From a virus (taxonomy: Duplodnaviria > Caudoviricetes), in IMG/VR virus record IMGVR_UViG_3300032069_000867, positions 1 to 58,278 of that record: a DNA stretch of 58,278 bases; one strand, 5' to 3'. This document shows, one piece after another, positions 27,608 to 36,890 of this stretch. The notes beneath the pieces were generated by a model that saw only the letters and a list, made by a program, of their open reading frames with translations, had not been told where the DNA came from and ran no database searches. How positions within the stretch are numbered: position 1 is the stretch's first letter; the number at the start of each line of letters is the position of its first letter. The position numbers and the translations under genes are program-made.

Positions 27608-28177
27608 ATGCCGCGAGGGACGCCGGAAGAACGAGAGGCGATTGCGCGCCGGCAGGAGCGGGTCTGGCACTTGCGCGTGGTGCGCAAACTGACCGAACAC
27701 GAGGTCAGCCAGCTCATGAGCATCTCGCGGCGCACCATCACCCGCGACCTGGCGGCGATGCGAGCGCGAGGGCAGTCCGCGGTAGCCCTCTCGGCGGCTT
27801 CAGAGAAAGCGGTGGTGGACGCGGGTCTGCAGGCGGTCTCGGAGTTGGATGCCATCGTGCGGCAGGCCTGGACGGACTGCATGGCCGCTCCCGACGGATC
27901 GCTGGCGCGGGTGGGCTATCTCAACCTCGTTCTCAAATCCATCGGGGAACGGCTGCGCATCCTGCAGTCCCTTGGACTGATGAAGAAGGTTCCGGAGGAG
28001 GTGTTGCTTGGTGACCTCGATTTGCGACAACTCAGCGACAGCGAGGCCGAATCTGCCCTTACCTTCCTCCGCGCGTGTGCGAGAGGCGCTGGAGGCCCGG
28101 CTGGCGGCCCTGCTCGAGGAGCGGCGGAATCCCAGGCCGTGGATCGAAGCGAACCTGTGGATTCGCACGAAGGATAG
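27608..28177 (+). CDS. Putative terminase small subunit (HTH)
   Basis: N-terminal HTH (EVSQLMSISRRTITRDL); directly upstream of terL. Confidence 0.7.
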   Translation: MPRGTPEEREAIARRQERVWHLRVVRKLTEHEVSQLMSISRRTITRDLAAMRARGQSAVALSAASEKAVVDAGLQAVSELDAIVRQAWTDCMAAPDGSLARVGYLNLVLKSIGERLRILQSLGLMKKVPEEVLLGDLDLRQLSDSEAESALTFLRACARGAGGPAGGPARGAAESQAVDRSEPVDSHEG

Positions 28178-29633
28178 GCGAGTGATTCCGTTCCTGCTCA
28201 ACGCGGCCCAGGTAGATTACTGGGATCACCGTACGCTTCGGGACATGATTCTGAAGCCGCGGCAACTCGGCTTCACGACGCTGATCTGCGGCCTGTTCTT
28301 CGCGGACACTTTGCTGCGACTGAATACGACTTCGGTGATCGTGGCGCACGATACCGATTCCAGCGAGAAGATCTTCCGCATCGTGCAGTTGTTCTGGGAG
28401 CGGCTGCCAGAGGAGGAGCGACGGCGGGTGGGGCCGCCGCGTTTCTCCAACCGCCGAGAGTTCCTGTGGCCGAAGATCAACAGCCAGTTCTACGTGGGCA
28501 CCGCCGGCAGCCTGACCTTCGGACGGGGACAGACCATCAACAACCTGCACTGCTCGGAGTTCGCCTTCTGGCCGAAGCCTGAAGAAGCCCTGACTGCGCT
28601 GACGGAAGCGGTGCCCACCGGTGGCCGAATCGTCATCGAGTCCACCGCGAATGGGATGGGCAACTTCTTTCACAGCCTTTGGACCGAGGCCAAAAGCGGC
28701 GGCAATGACTTTGCGACAGCGTTCTATGTCTGGTGGGAAGACCCGGCCTATCGGATCGCGGGCGAGCCACTGACCGACCTCAGCCAGGAGGAGACGCGGC
28801 TCAAGCGCGCGTGGAGCCTTGACGACGATCAGATTCGTTGGCGGCGCGATAAGCAGCGGCAGCTTCGAGACCGCTTCAAGGCCGAATACCCTGAGGATGA
28901 TGTGACTTGCTTCCTCGCCAGCGGGCGCTGCTGCTTTGATATCAGCGCGCTTGTCGCTGCGCAGGCGCGCATCGCCGCCGAGCCCGCGCCGGTTGTGCTT
29001 GCTTCGCTCAAGGGCACCAGGAGCAGCGACCTCAGCGTCGCTCCTGCGCGTTTGTCGATCTGGAAAAGGCCGGAGGCGGGTCGGCAGTATGTCGTCGGCG
29101 CGGACGTGGGCGAAGGGCTGGCGGGTGGCGATGCATCATCTGCCTGTGTGCTTGACCGGGAGAGTGGGGAGCAGGTCGCCGAACTCCACGGGCGCATCCC
29201 GCCGGATCGTTTTGGCCACCTGCTGGATGCCCTGGGCCGCTTCTACAACCTGGCGACGGTGGCGGTGGAGCGCAATAACCACGGTCACTCCACGCTCAAC
29301 ACGCTGCGGAATGTCTGCCGCTACCCGCGGCTCTACTACCACGTGCGCTACGACCAGACGGGCAAAGGGAAGCCCATGCTCGGCTGGCCGACCGACCAGG
29401 CCACCAAGCCGATCCTGGTGGATGACCTGGCGGCGGCGATCGCGGGCGGGCACCTGCTGATCCATTCGCCCGACCTGGTGGACGAGTGCTTGACCTTTGT
29501 AACCACGGATACCGGCTCTCAGGAGGCGCAGGAGGGCAAGTTCGATGACCGGGTGATGGCGGCCGGCATCGCCTGGCAGGCGCGCAAGCGGGGCGTGTCG
29601 CGCGGCACGACACAACGGCCGGCGGGGTGGTAG
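28077..29633 (+). CDS. terL: Terminase large subunit (start uncertain, 28008-28077)
   Basis: LKPRQLGFTT, LHCSEFAFW, ESTANG, GADVGEG, VERNNHG, DDRVMA. Confidence 0.93.
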   Translation: MREALEARLAALLEERRNPRPWIEANLWIRTKDRRVIPFLLNAAQVDYWDHRTLRDMILKPRQLGFTTLICGLFFADTLLRLNTTSVIVAHDTDSSEKIFRIVQLFWERLPEEERRRVGPPRFSNRREFLWPKINSQFYVGTAGSLTFGRGQTINNLHCSEFAFWPKPEEALTALTEAVPTGGRIVIESTANGMGNFFHSLWTEAKSGGNDFATAFYVWWEDPAYRIAGEPLTDLSQEETRLKRAWSLDDDQIRWRRDKQRQLRDRFKAEYPEDDVTCFLASGRCCFDISALVAAQARIAAEPAPVVLASLKGTRSSDLSVAPARLSIWKRPEAGRQYVVGADVGEGLAGGDASSACVLDRESGEQVAELHGRIPPDRFGHLLDALGRFYNLATVAVERNNHGHSTLNTLRNVCRYPRLYYHVRYDQTGKGKPMLGWPTDQATKPILVDDLAAAIAGGHLLIHSPDLVDECLTFVTTDTGSQEAQEGKFDDRVMAAGIAWQARKRGVSRGTTQRPAGW

Positions 29634-29643
29634 GGAAGAGGCA

Positions 29644-29904
29644 ATGCAAACGTTGAAAGCACCAGCCACGAGTCTCAAGTCTCTGGGAGAGGCCCTCCTC
29701 CAGATCAGCGACGAGTTGCCGGTGAAACTGCCCGCGGGTTGTGAGTTGCGCGTCGTCTCCGCCGCCCAGGCGGCGCTGCTCGACTTCTTCGCCGAGAATC
29801 CCTACTGCACCATCGAGGAACTCGACGTGCACGCGGGCGACCCAGACCTGGTGCGGCTGCGGTTGTCGGAGGCGGCGGTAAAGAAGATCAAGCTCGTCAG
29901 GTGA
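29644..29904 (+). CDS. Small DUF2292/YezD-like protein (candidate late antiterminator)
   Basis: LLDFFAENPYCTIEELDVHAGDP...KKIKL matches the repeat pattern of 5928-6242. Confidence 0.65.
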   Translation: MQTLKAPATSLKSLGEALLQISDELPVKLPAGCELRVVSAAQAALLDFFAENPYCTIEELDVHAGDPDLVRLRLSEAAVKKIKLVR

Positions 29905-29966
29905 CGGCAATCACGCGGGCCTGCATACCTGGCTCCCAATTCCCTGCCCGCCCTGATACGGCCATC

Positions 29967-30015
29967 TTGACCATTGTTTCGGTATATGGTATAGTTTCAC
30001 CGCAACGGTGAAACT
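29967..30015 (+). promoter_or_regulatory. Promoter and palindromic operator of the AbiE cassette
   Basis: TTGACC-17-TATAGT with TGn extension; perfect AGTTTCACCG-caa-CGGTGAAACT at 29993-30015. Confidence 0.85.
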
Positions 30016-30083
30016 GGCGACTTGGCGAAACACCTCGGTGGTTCGCCAGGGCGGCTATGTTTACCGTCAGGTTGGAGCAAACC

Positions 30084-31184
30084 ATGCCAGCGATCAAAGA
30101 GAGAGATCTGACAGCACAGACCGCCCAGCGCCTTCGGCAGGTGCTGGAGGAAGTGCCATTCGTGGATGTGCTGCGGATCGAGCAGCAGGTACCCATCGCG
30201 CCCGGCCGCGTGTCCGACCTGGTGGTGGAGATTCAGACGCCCGTCGGAGCGCGCCGGCTCCTGGTGGAGGTGAAGACAGAGGGTCTTCCGAGGACCCTGC
30301 GTGACGCCGGAGAGCAGCTCAAGGCTTATGTCACGAGTCTGCCAGATGCCTACGGGGTGGTGGCTGCTCCCTACATAAGCGACCGGGGCCGGGCTCTCTG
30401 CCAGCAGCTCGGGGTCGGCTGTCTCGATCTCGCTGGGAATGTTCTGCTCGCCTTTGACCAAGTGTTCATTGAGAAGACCGGATACCCCAATCCCTCGCCC
30501 GTGCGGAAACTTCGGAGGGCGCTGTTCTCACCGCGGTCCACGCGGGTCTTGCGTGTCCTGCTCGCCGACCCTGCGCGGCGGTGGTACGTCCGCGACCTGG
30601 CGGCCGAAGCGCGGATCAGTCTTGCGCAGACCTCCAACTTGAAGCGGGTGCTGCTCGAACAAGACCTGCTGGGCGAAGAGCGCCGCCGCTTCTGGCTGGC
30701 GAAACCTGACGACCTCCTTCGCGATTGGGCGCAGGCCTACACCTACGAAGTGAACGACGTGCGGTCTCTGTACTCGATGCTCCGCATTCCAGAGGTGGAG
30801 GAGCGCCTTGCCGCGGAGTGTGAACGGAGAGGCATGCGCTACGGCTTGGCCCTGTTCTCGGGTGCAAGCCGGGTTGCCCCTTTCGCTCGCTATGACCGCG
30901 CCTTTGCATTCGTTGATGAGAGACCTGACGAGATTGCAGCGGCATTGGAGTTGAAGGCGGTCCCCACGGGGGCCAACGTGATCCTGCTCCGCCCCTACGA
31001 TGAGGGCGTCTTCTACGCGCTCCAGGACGTCGGGGGAGCGAAGGTCGTGTCGGACATCCAACTTTACCTCGACTTGAGGAGCTACAAGGGCCGTGGCGAA
31101 GAGGCCGCAGACTTCCTCTACGAAAGGCGCATCAAGCCGCGATGGAACCCAGAACCCGATCAGACTACACAGCCAGAGCAGTAG
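30084..31184 (+). CDS. Type IV TA antitoxin, AbiEi-like
   Basis: N-terminal D...EVK segment, central wHTH, C-terminal VSDIQLYLDL...GRGEEAA. Confidence 0.85.
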   Translation: MPAIKERDLTAQTAQRLRQVLEEVPFVDVLRIEQQVPIAPGRVSDLVVEIQTPVGARRLLVEVKTEGLPRTLRDAGEQLKAYVTSLPDAYGVVAAPYISDRGRALCQQLGVGCLDLAGNVLLAFDQVFIEKTGYPNPSPVRKLRRALFSPRSTRVLRVLLADPARRWYVRDLAAEARISLAQTSNLKRVLLEQDLLGEERRRFWLAKPDDLLRDWAQAYTYEVNDVRSLYSMLRIPEVEERLAAECERRGMRYGLALFSGASRVAPFARYDRAFAFVDERPDEIAAALELKAVPTGANVILLRPYDEGVFYALQDVGGAKVVSDIQLYLDLRSYKGRGEEAADFLYERRIKPRWNPEPDQTTQPEQ

Positions 31185-31999
31185 ACGCCGCCTTTTCGGT
31201 GCTCATCGAGTTGTTCGGCATGCTCGGCGAGTTCCGCGAACACATCGCGGTCATCGGCGGCTGGGTGCCGCACCTGATCCTCCGCGATGCAGACACAGAG
31301 CCAGCGGGCACCTTGGACGTGGATCTGGCCATAGACTTTGCGCACATCTCGGACGATACCTACAGCACGTTCCTCAAGGCGCTTGAGACGCGCGGCTACC
31401 GACAAGACCACGAGCAGCCCTTCCGATTCTTCAAGGCGGTCACCATCGGAGATGGCCCGCCGGTCGAGGTCGAAGTTGATCTCCTGGCCGGAGAGTACGG
31501 GGGGACCGGGAAGGGCCGCCGCACGCAGGTCGTCCAGGATGTCCGAGCCCGCAAAGCACGTGGGGCTGACTTGGTCTTCGACCACTGCGTCCAGGTTCGC
31601 GTCGAGGGACGGCTGCCGAACGGTGCGCTTGACACGGTGACCGTGAAGGTCGCAGACGTGGTGGCCTTCCTCGTGATGAAGGGAATGGCTCTTCATGACC
31701 GGCGCAAGGAGAAGGATTGCTACGACATCTTCTACTGCGTCGCCAACTACCCAGGAGGTGTTGCTGCCTTGGTAGAGGCCTTCCGGCCTCATATCGACAA
31801 GCGGCTGGTGGCTGAAGGCTTGTCGAAGATACGGAGCAAGTTCCTCTCACCTGAGCATTTCGGGCCGGTCGCGGTCGCTGAGTTTCTTGAGATCGCCGAT
31901 CCGGAGGAGCGTGCCATCGTGACTCGCGATGCCTATGAGCGCCTGAATGCGCTCCTGGAGCAACTGCAAGTCAGGCTCTGGGAGGATTCCCCGGCGTAA
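31142..31999 (+). CDS. AbiEii-like nucleotidyltransferase toxin
   Basis: VIGGW...TLDVDL; MKGMAL.DR..EKD.YDI. Confidence 0.85.
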   Translation: MEPRTRSDYTARAVDAAFSVLIELFGMLGEFREHIAVIGGWVPHLILRDADTEPAGTLDVDLAIDFAHISDDTYSTFLKALETRGYRQDHEQPFRFFKAVTIGDGPPVEVEVDLLAGEYGGTGKGRRTQVVQDVRARKARGADLVFDHCVQVRVEGRLPNGALDTVTVKVADVVAFLVMKGMALHDRRKEKDCYDIFYCVANYPGGVAALVEAFRPHIDKRLVAEGLSKIRSKFLSPEHFGPVAVAEFLEIADPEERAIVTRDAYERLNALLEQLQVRLWEDSPA

Positions 32000-32000
32000 C

Positions 32001-32732
32001 ATGATCAGATTTGGGATCAGGCAATCATTTAACACCCTCGACCAGTTTGCCGCACGCTATCGCGAGCGTCGGATTCCTCTCGAGCTGGCGCTGCCTTACA
32101 GGATGACGGACTACGAACTGATCCGCCCTCACCTCACTGAACTCGCCGACTTGCTCGTGCAGTGGCAGACGCCGATCCTCAGCCTTCATGCTCCACAGGG
32201 CAGGCTCGCCGAGCCAGGTTTCCGGATCTGGGCGGAGGAGGTGGGGCGGTTCGCTGCTGCACTGCGAGTCCGTGAGATCACCCTCCACCCCAGCCGGTTT
32301 CAGAAGGATCGGCCCGTGCATGAACTCCAGCACACGGTATTGCGCATCTGCCAAGAGATTGAAGCAGCATATTCGGTGATCTTTTGCCTGGAAACCTTCA
32401 CGGGAGGCAAGCGACTCTTCAGTATCGACGACATCATGCGATTCGAACGTCCGATGACGCTGGATGTTGCCCACCTTCATGACACGGAAGTGGTGTGGCG
32501 GATCGTGCATCAGTACCATCCGCATATCTCCACCGTCCATCTCTCCGGCAAGGGCGGCGACAGAACGCATCACCTGCCCATCGATGACGAGTGCTTGCAG
32601 GTTGTGGAAGCCTTGGTCAGGTATGGCTGGCAGGGAAATGTCATCCTCGAATATCTTCCCGACTATCATGATCGCCTGGAGGAGGACTTTCAGTTGCTGC
32701 AACAGAGATTCTGTGGCACAACCACTGCTTGA
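32001..32732 (+). CDS. AP-endonuclease-2 / xylose-isomerase-like TIM-barrel protein
   Basis: SLHAP, TLHP, CLET, TLDVAH, VHLS, HLP, ILEY metal-ligand pattern; starts 1 nt after the toxin stop. Confidence 0.85.
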   Translation: MIRFGIRQSFNTLDQFAARYRERRIPLELALPYRMTDYELIRPHLTELADLLVQWQTPILSLHAPQGRLAEPGFRIWAEEVGRFAAALRVREITLHPSRFQKDRPVHELQHTVLRICQEIEAAYSVIFCLETFTGGKRLFSIDDIMRFERPMTLDVAHLHDTEVVWRIVHQYHPHISTVHLSGKGGDRTHHLPIDDECLQVVEALVRYGWQGNVILEYLPDYHDRLEEDFQLLQQRFCGTTTA

Positions 32733-32757
32733 CGCTGGGAGGCTCCGGGCATAGAAT
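32729..32757 (+). promoter_or_regulatory. Sigma70 promoter for the portal operon
   Basis: TTGACG-17-TAGAAT. Confidence 0.8.
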
Positions 32758-32763
32758 GCTGAC

Positions 32764-32843
32764 AATCGAATAGACGCTCGGCGACCGGATAACCGGAGGC
32801 GAGCCGCAGGTTCCCTGACAGGACCTCGGCTCGCTTTTGCTTT
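32764..32843 (+). ncRNA. Leader attenuator RNA, copy 2 (before portal)
   Basis: GAATAG-N9-GA-CCGG-ATAA-CCGG-AGGCG overlapping terminator hairpin 32797-32836 with TTTTGCTTT. Confidence 0.75.
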
Positions 32844-32865
32844 CCCAGCGGAAAGGAGATATGTA

Positions 32866-34368
32866 GTGGCACTTGACCTGAGCACTTACCCGCCCAAGGG
32901 GCACCAGGAGCGCATCGCCACTTACCAGCGGTATGAGCGGCTGTTCCTGGGGCAGCACAAGCTGGTCTTTGCGGTGGTGCCGCAGCCCTACCAGATGAAG
33001 CGCTATATCGTGGCCAACTTCGCCGGGCTGATCTCGCGGCTTTCCGCTGACCTGCTTTTCGGGGAGCAGCCAGACTTCCTTTCGGCTTCGCTCAAGGCAG
33101 GCCTGGCAACACAGGAGGATGAGAAGGCGCAGGAAGCGCTGGCCCAGGTCGTCAGTCGCAATAACCTGCACGCCGTCAACTACGAATCGGCTCTGTCCAA
33201 CTCGTTTCGCGGGGACGCAGTCTACAAGGTTCGCTGGGGCAAGCGGACTCCGACGGCGGAGGCACCAGAGTCTATCATCGAGGAGGTGCCTGCCAGCATC
33301 TACTTCCCAGAACTGGATGACGATGATGTGCGGCGCGTGCTGCGGGTGACGCTGGCCTGGGTGAAGCGTGATCCGAAGGATACCAAGCGTGCCTACCTGC
33401 GGGCCGAGGTGCACGAGCCAGGTGTCATCCGGCATCAACTGTTTGACCTGGGCAGCGTCTCCACTCTGTCCGTCGCTGGAGGCCAGGCCGCGACGATCAC
33501 GATTGGCGGTAAGGCGCTCCAGCAGATTCCTCTGAAGACCCTCGAGGCCTACCAGGACTTGCCAGAGGAGGAACAGACCGGTCTGGATCACGTCCCGATC
33601 TTCCACGTGCCCAACTTCCGCTATGGCTCCCGTTTCTGGGGGATCAGCGACTACGAGGGGCTGGAGTCGCTCTTCGAGTCCCTGAACAACCGCGTCTCCC
33701 AGATCGACGAGGTGCTGGACAAGCACGTGGCTCCGAAGATCGTGGTGCCGCCCGGCTTCGTGGACGAAGATGGGAAGATTCGCTTCGACCACATGGAGAC
33801 CATCGAGCTGGGGCCGGGCGATCAGCCGCCCTCCTACATCACCTGGGACGCCCACCTGACCGCGGCCTTCACGCAGTTCGAGAAACTCCTTGATCTGCTG
33901 TTCATGCTCTCCGAGACCGCGCCGTCGGCTTTCGGGCTGGACAAGTTCGGAGTCGCCGAAAGCGGCCGGGCGCTGCGGCTTCGCCTGCTGCGCACGCTGG
34001 CGAAGATCAACCGGAAGCGGCTCTACTACGATACCGCGCTGAAGGCGGCGCTGCTCACCGCCCAGGTTCTCGACGTGACCCACGGCTCTGGCGAATACGA
34101 ACCTGCCGAGCCAACCATCCAGTGGGCGGACGGGCTGCCGGAGGACATGGTCGAGATGGTGGAGATCGAGAGCCAGCGGCTGGCGGCAGGCAACACGTCG
34201 GTTGAATCCTCGGTGCGTCGGCTGGACGGCCCAGACGCCGTGGAGGCCGAGATGGCGCGGATCGGGGAGGAGACGGGACAGGCAACTACTCTCACCGGGG
34301 CGGCTGGCGGTAAGGGGCAGGAAGCCCGCACTGAGGACCAGCCGGAGGCCGGGGCAGAGGGCGCCTGA
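32866..34368 (+). CDS. Portal protein (SPP1 gp6-like)
   Basis: VANFAGLI...ADLLFGE, HVPN...WGISDY, ESGRAL; position after terminase. Confidence 0.92.
   Translation: MALDLSTYPPKGHQERIATYQRYERLFLGQHKLVFAVVPQPYQMKRYIVANFAGLISRLSADLLFGEQPDFLSASLKAGLATQEDEKAQEALAQVVSRNNLHAVNYESALSNSFRGDAVYKVRWGKRTPTAEAPESIIEEVPASIYFPELDDDDVRRVLRVTLAWVKRDPKDTKRAYLRAEVHEPGVIRHQLFDLGSVSTLSVAGGQAATITIGGKALQQIPLKTLEAYQDLPEEEQTGLDHVPIFHVPNFRYGSRFWGISDYEGLESLFESLNNRVSQIDEVLDKHVAPKIVVPPGFVDEDGKIRFDHMETIELGPGDQPPSYITWDAHLTAAFTQFEKLLDLLFMLSETAPSAFGLDKFGVAESGRALRLRLLRTLAKINRKRLYYDTALKAALLTAQVLDVTHGSGEYEPAEPTIQWADGLPEDMVEMVEIESQRLAAGNTSVESSVRRLDGPDAVEAEMARIGEETGQATTLTGAAGGKGQEARTEDQPEAGAEGA
33078..33102 (+). repeat. Possible REP-like insertion in portal
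   Basis: CCTTTCGGCTTCGCTCAAGGCAGGC, hairpin-like; reads LSASLKAG in frame; single copy in the window. Confidence 0.45.
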
Positions 34369-34413
34369 GGTGCCCATGCGGTGGATCTGTGTCATCCGAC
34401 ATGTTGCGCCTGC

Positions 34414-34466
34414 AGTCTGGTTTCCGCCTTCGCCGAGGCTACGGCGGACAAGTCGGGGCTGTGGAC
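34414..34466 (+). repeat. REP-like hairpin plus flanks, duplicate of 25514-25567
   Basis: AGTCTGGTTTCCGCCTTCGCCGAGGCTACGGCGGACAAGTCGGGGCTGTGGAC. Confidence 0.8.
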
Positions 34467-34501
34467 ATGGTCTCAGCACCTGTCGTGAGGAGCGTTGAGG
34501 C

Positions 34502-36568
34502 GTGCCTCCACCCATCGGGCGTCGACGCATTGAGGAATTCCGGCGGGCATTCACCGGCGAGATTGACTCGCTGGCTGCCCTCTACCGCGACGCGGCCGCA
34601 GACATGATGGACGTTCTCGCGGACGCGGCGACGCTCGCTGGACAGCGGGGCCGGGCGGTCGCCCTGCTGCGGCAGTACCAGACCATCCTCGCCGACCTGG
34701 GCGATGAGGCTGCGGCGTGGATAGAGTTTAACATCCCGCGCGCTTACGATATCGGGCTGGAGTTCGGCGACGAGGGGATTCGCAACATCCGCCGTGCCGG
34801 AATCAACCTGCGACGTCGAGGCACGACGATAACGGGTCGCAGGGAGCGGGAGGTGTTCTCCCAGGTGCACCGGGAAGCGGCGCGGGCAATCACGGAGTCC
34901 ATGCTGCAGACCACCAATGCGGCGCTTGCTCAGATTGGCCGCCGCGTGGATGATGTCTTCCGCCGCGAAGGAATGCTGGCTGTCGCCAGGGGGATCGCAG
35001 CAGGCCGCGCCCGAGTCGAGGTGAGTCGGGAACTGGAGCAGCGGCTGATTGCTGCGGGCAGGCCGACGTTCGTGGATGCGCTGGGGCGGCAATGGCCCCT
35101 CGACCGCTATGCCGAGATGGTAGCCCGCACCACCACCCGCGAGGCCATGACCCAGGGCACCATCAACCGGCTGCGCGAGCACAGCGTCACCCTCGCTCAA
35201 GTATCGGCGCACAATGCGGAAGACTTCTGCCGCTACTACGAAAACGCCATTGTCTCCCTGGACGGCTCGCACCCTGTCTACCCGCCGATCTCGGCGATCA
35301 ACGGCCCCCCGCCCTGGCATCCGAACTGTATCCACGTGCTCACGCCCTTCGTGGAGCGCCTAGCGACTGACGAGGAGAAGAAACGGGGCATCATCTCGCC
35401 CGACCTGCTCAACAAGCCTCCGGCCGAACTCCAGCGGCGCTTCCGCAAGGAGTTTCCTGGCGTGGCCCGGGCCGCGGGAAAGCGAGGGCTTGCACGGGCG
35501 GGGCGGGCAAGGGTTGCCGCGGCGCGAGGGCGGCCCAAGCCCACACGGGCGCATGCCCCCGAGCCTGAGCTGCGCGCCCTGGAGGAGGGGACTGTCCTGC
35601 GCCGCACCTACAAGGGCCGCGAGTACCTCGTCCAGGTGGTGGAGGGAGGCAAGGTCTACTTCGAGGGCGGCGTCTATCACTCGCTGACCGATGTCGCCCG
35701 GATCATCACTGGGCAGAGGGCAATCAGCGGGCCGGCTTTCTTCGGCGTGGCGGAGCGCGGCAAGCGCACCGGGCAGGCCGTGGCCGCCGCGCGGCCCGTC
35801 GCTGCTCCGCCCAAGCTGCCGAAGCCGAAGACAGACCTGGAACTGACGGGGCGCACTTGCGATGACTTGGCTGAGATGATGGGCGCGAAGCATGGATGGA
35901 ATGGAGACTTGCGCACCGGTCGAGGCGCCTTCGGCGGGCACAAGGACTGGGACTGCGCCATCAGCATCGGCTCGGAGGCAAGGGATCGCGTGGATGCGAT
36001 GCTGAAGCACGATGCAGCTTCCTGGGCAAAGCTTTCCCGGAACCAGAAGATGGAAATGACCTCTTCCTTCAACACCCTGGTGCATGAGGCGACTCATGCT
36101 ATGGGGGTGGAGGGGGCAATCAAGACCCACGAGTACGCGACGGCGGCGCAGCGGTGGATAGAGGAAGGCCTTACCGCCGCGGGGGCCGACGAGACGGCGC
36201 CGAAGCTCTTCGAGCGGATCATGGGGTTCCCCTCCGGCCTGGACAAGCGCGACTTTGCCGGGATGGCAAGCTACAGCGATTACCAGCAGGCCCTGGCGAA
36301 GGCGCTCGGCGGGCCTTATGCCGGGCGCTCGATGTCTGAGCCAATGCGGGGGATTGACCCGAAGCTCTACCTGGACTTGGCCTACCGCACGCCTCGCGAC
36401 CAGCGGCTCTGGGAGCTATCGAAGCGCATGGAGAGCTACTACGGACGAACAGAGCGCGGCGTGAGAACGGCGGTGGAGATAGAAGCCATCGTAGGGCACT
36501 CGGCAGACCACAAAGTGGTGGTGAATTTCGCCGAAGAGGCCCTGGCACTACAGCAAGCGAGGCCGTAA
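34502..36568 (+). CDS. MuF-type minor capsid protein fused to a DUF2924-like domain and an HExxH metallopeptidase
   Basis: DALGRQW.LDRYAEMVART and PPWHPNCIH (minor capsid); GTVLRRTYKG...YHSLTDVARIITG...GPAFFG; LVHEATH...IEEG. Confidence 0.85.
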   Translation: MPPPIGRRRIEEFRRAFTGEIDSLAALYRDAAADMMDVLADAATLAGQRGRAVALLRQYQTILADLGDEAAAWIEFNIPRAYDIGLEFGDEGIRNIRRAGINLRRRGTTITGRREREVFSQVHREAARAITESMLQTTNAALAQIGRRVDDVFRREGMLAVARGIAAGRARVEVSRELEQRLIAAGRPTFVDALGRQWPLDRYAEMVARTTTREAMTQGTINRLREHSVTLAQVSAHNAEDFCRYYENAIVSLDGSHPVYPPISAINGPPPWHPNCIHVLTPFVERLATDEEKKRGIISPDLLNKPPAELQRRFRKEFPGVARAAGKRGLARAGRARVAAARGRPKPTRAHAPEPELRALEEGTVLRRTYKGREYLVQVVEGGKVYFEGGVYHSLTDVARIITGQRAISGPAFFGVAERGKRTGQAVAAARPVAAPPKLPKPKTDLELTGRTCDDLAEMMGAKHGWNGDLRTGRGAFGGHKDWDCAISIGSEARDRVDAMLKHDAASWAKLSRNQKMEMTSSFNTLVHEATHAMGVEGAIKTHEYATAAQRWIEEGLTAAGADETAPKLFERIMGFPSGLDKRDFAGMASYSDYQQALAKALGGPYAGRSMSEPMRGIDPKLYLDLAYRTPRDQRLWELSKRMESYYGRTERGVRTAVEIEAIVGHSADHKVVVNFAEEALALQQARP

Positions 36569-36570
36569 GC

Positions 36571-36798
36571 ATGTCCGATTTCATCGACGAACTACTGCGT
36601 GGAAGGAGGAAAGGGCACCGCATCCGGCCCGGCTTCATGGAAGAGGCGAGCGCCGCGATTATGCGGGCCGCTGGCACGCCGGAGGCCCGGCGGACCCTCC
36701 AGCGCTATCTCCGACGAGCCCGAGGCGGCCTGGAGCGCGCCCAGCTCATGCGCATGGAGGAGATGCTTGTCATGGCGGAGGGCGCCGGCGAGGATTGA
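36571..36798 (+). CDS. Small hypothetical protein (candidate immunity partner)
   Basis: 75 aa, starts 2 nt after the MuF stop; next promoter lies downstream. Confidence 0.6.
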   Translation: MSDFIDELLRGRRKGHRIRPGFMEEASAAIMRAAGTPEARRTLQRYLRRARGGLERAQLMRMEEMLVMAEGAGED

Positions 36799-36890
36799 CA
36801 AGCCCCCTCGGATCAGGTCAGGGGCGGACAGCAAGGCGCTGGCACGCAGCAGACCACCCCGCCCGGGACACAGGCCGCGGGAAGAGGGTA

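Noticed and set aside
32861-32866. ATG-TAG start-stop minigene overlapping the portal start
   Set aside because: The AAGGAG RBS is 2 nt from ATG but 7 nt from GTG 32866, so GTG is the plausible start.
34376-34498. 40-codon ORF between portal and MuF as a gene
   Set aside because: Has an RBS-like GAGGTG but much of it is the duplicated repeat; insufficient support.
32641-34554. 637-aa minus-strand ORF and similar long antisense ORFs (3467-4693, 45128-46669, 50331-51761, 51866-53323)
   Set aside because: Shadows of well-supported + strand genes in GC-rich DNA; no motifs.
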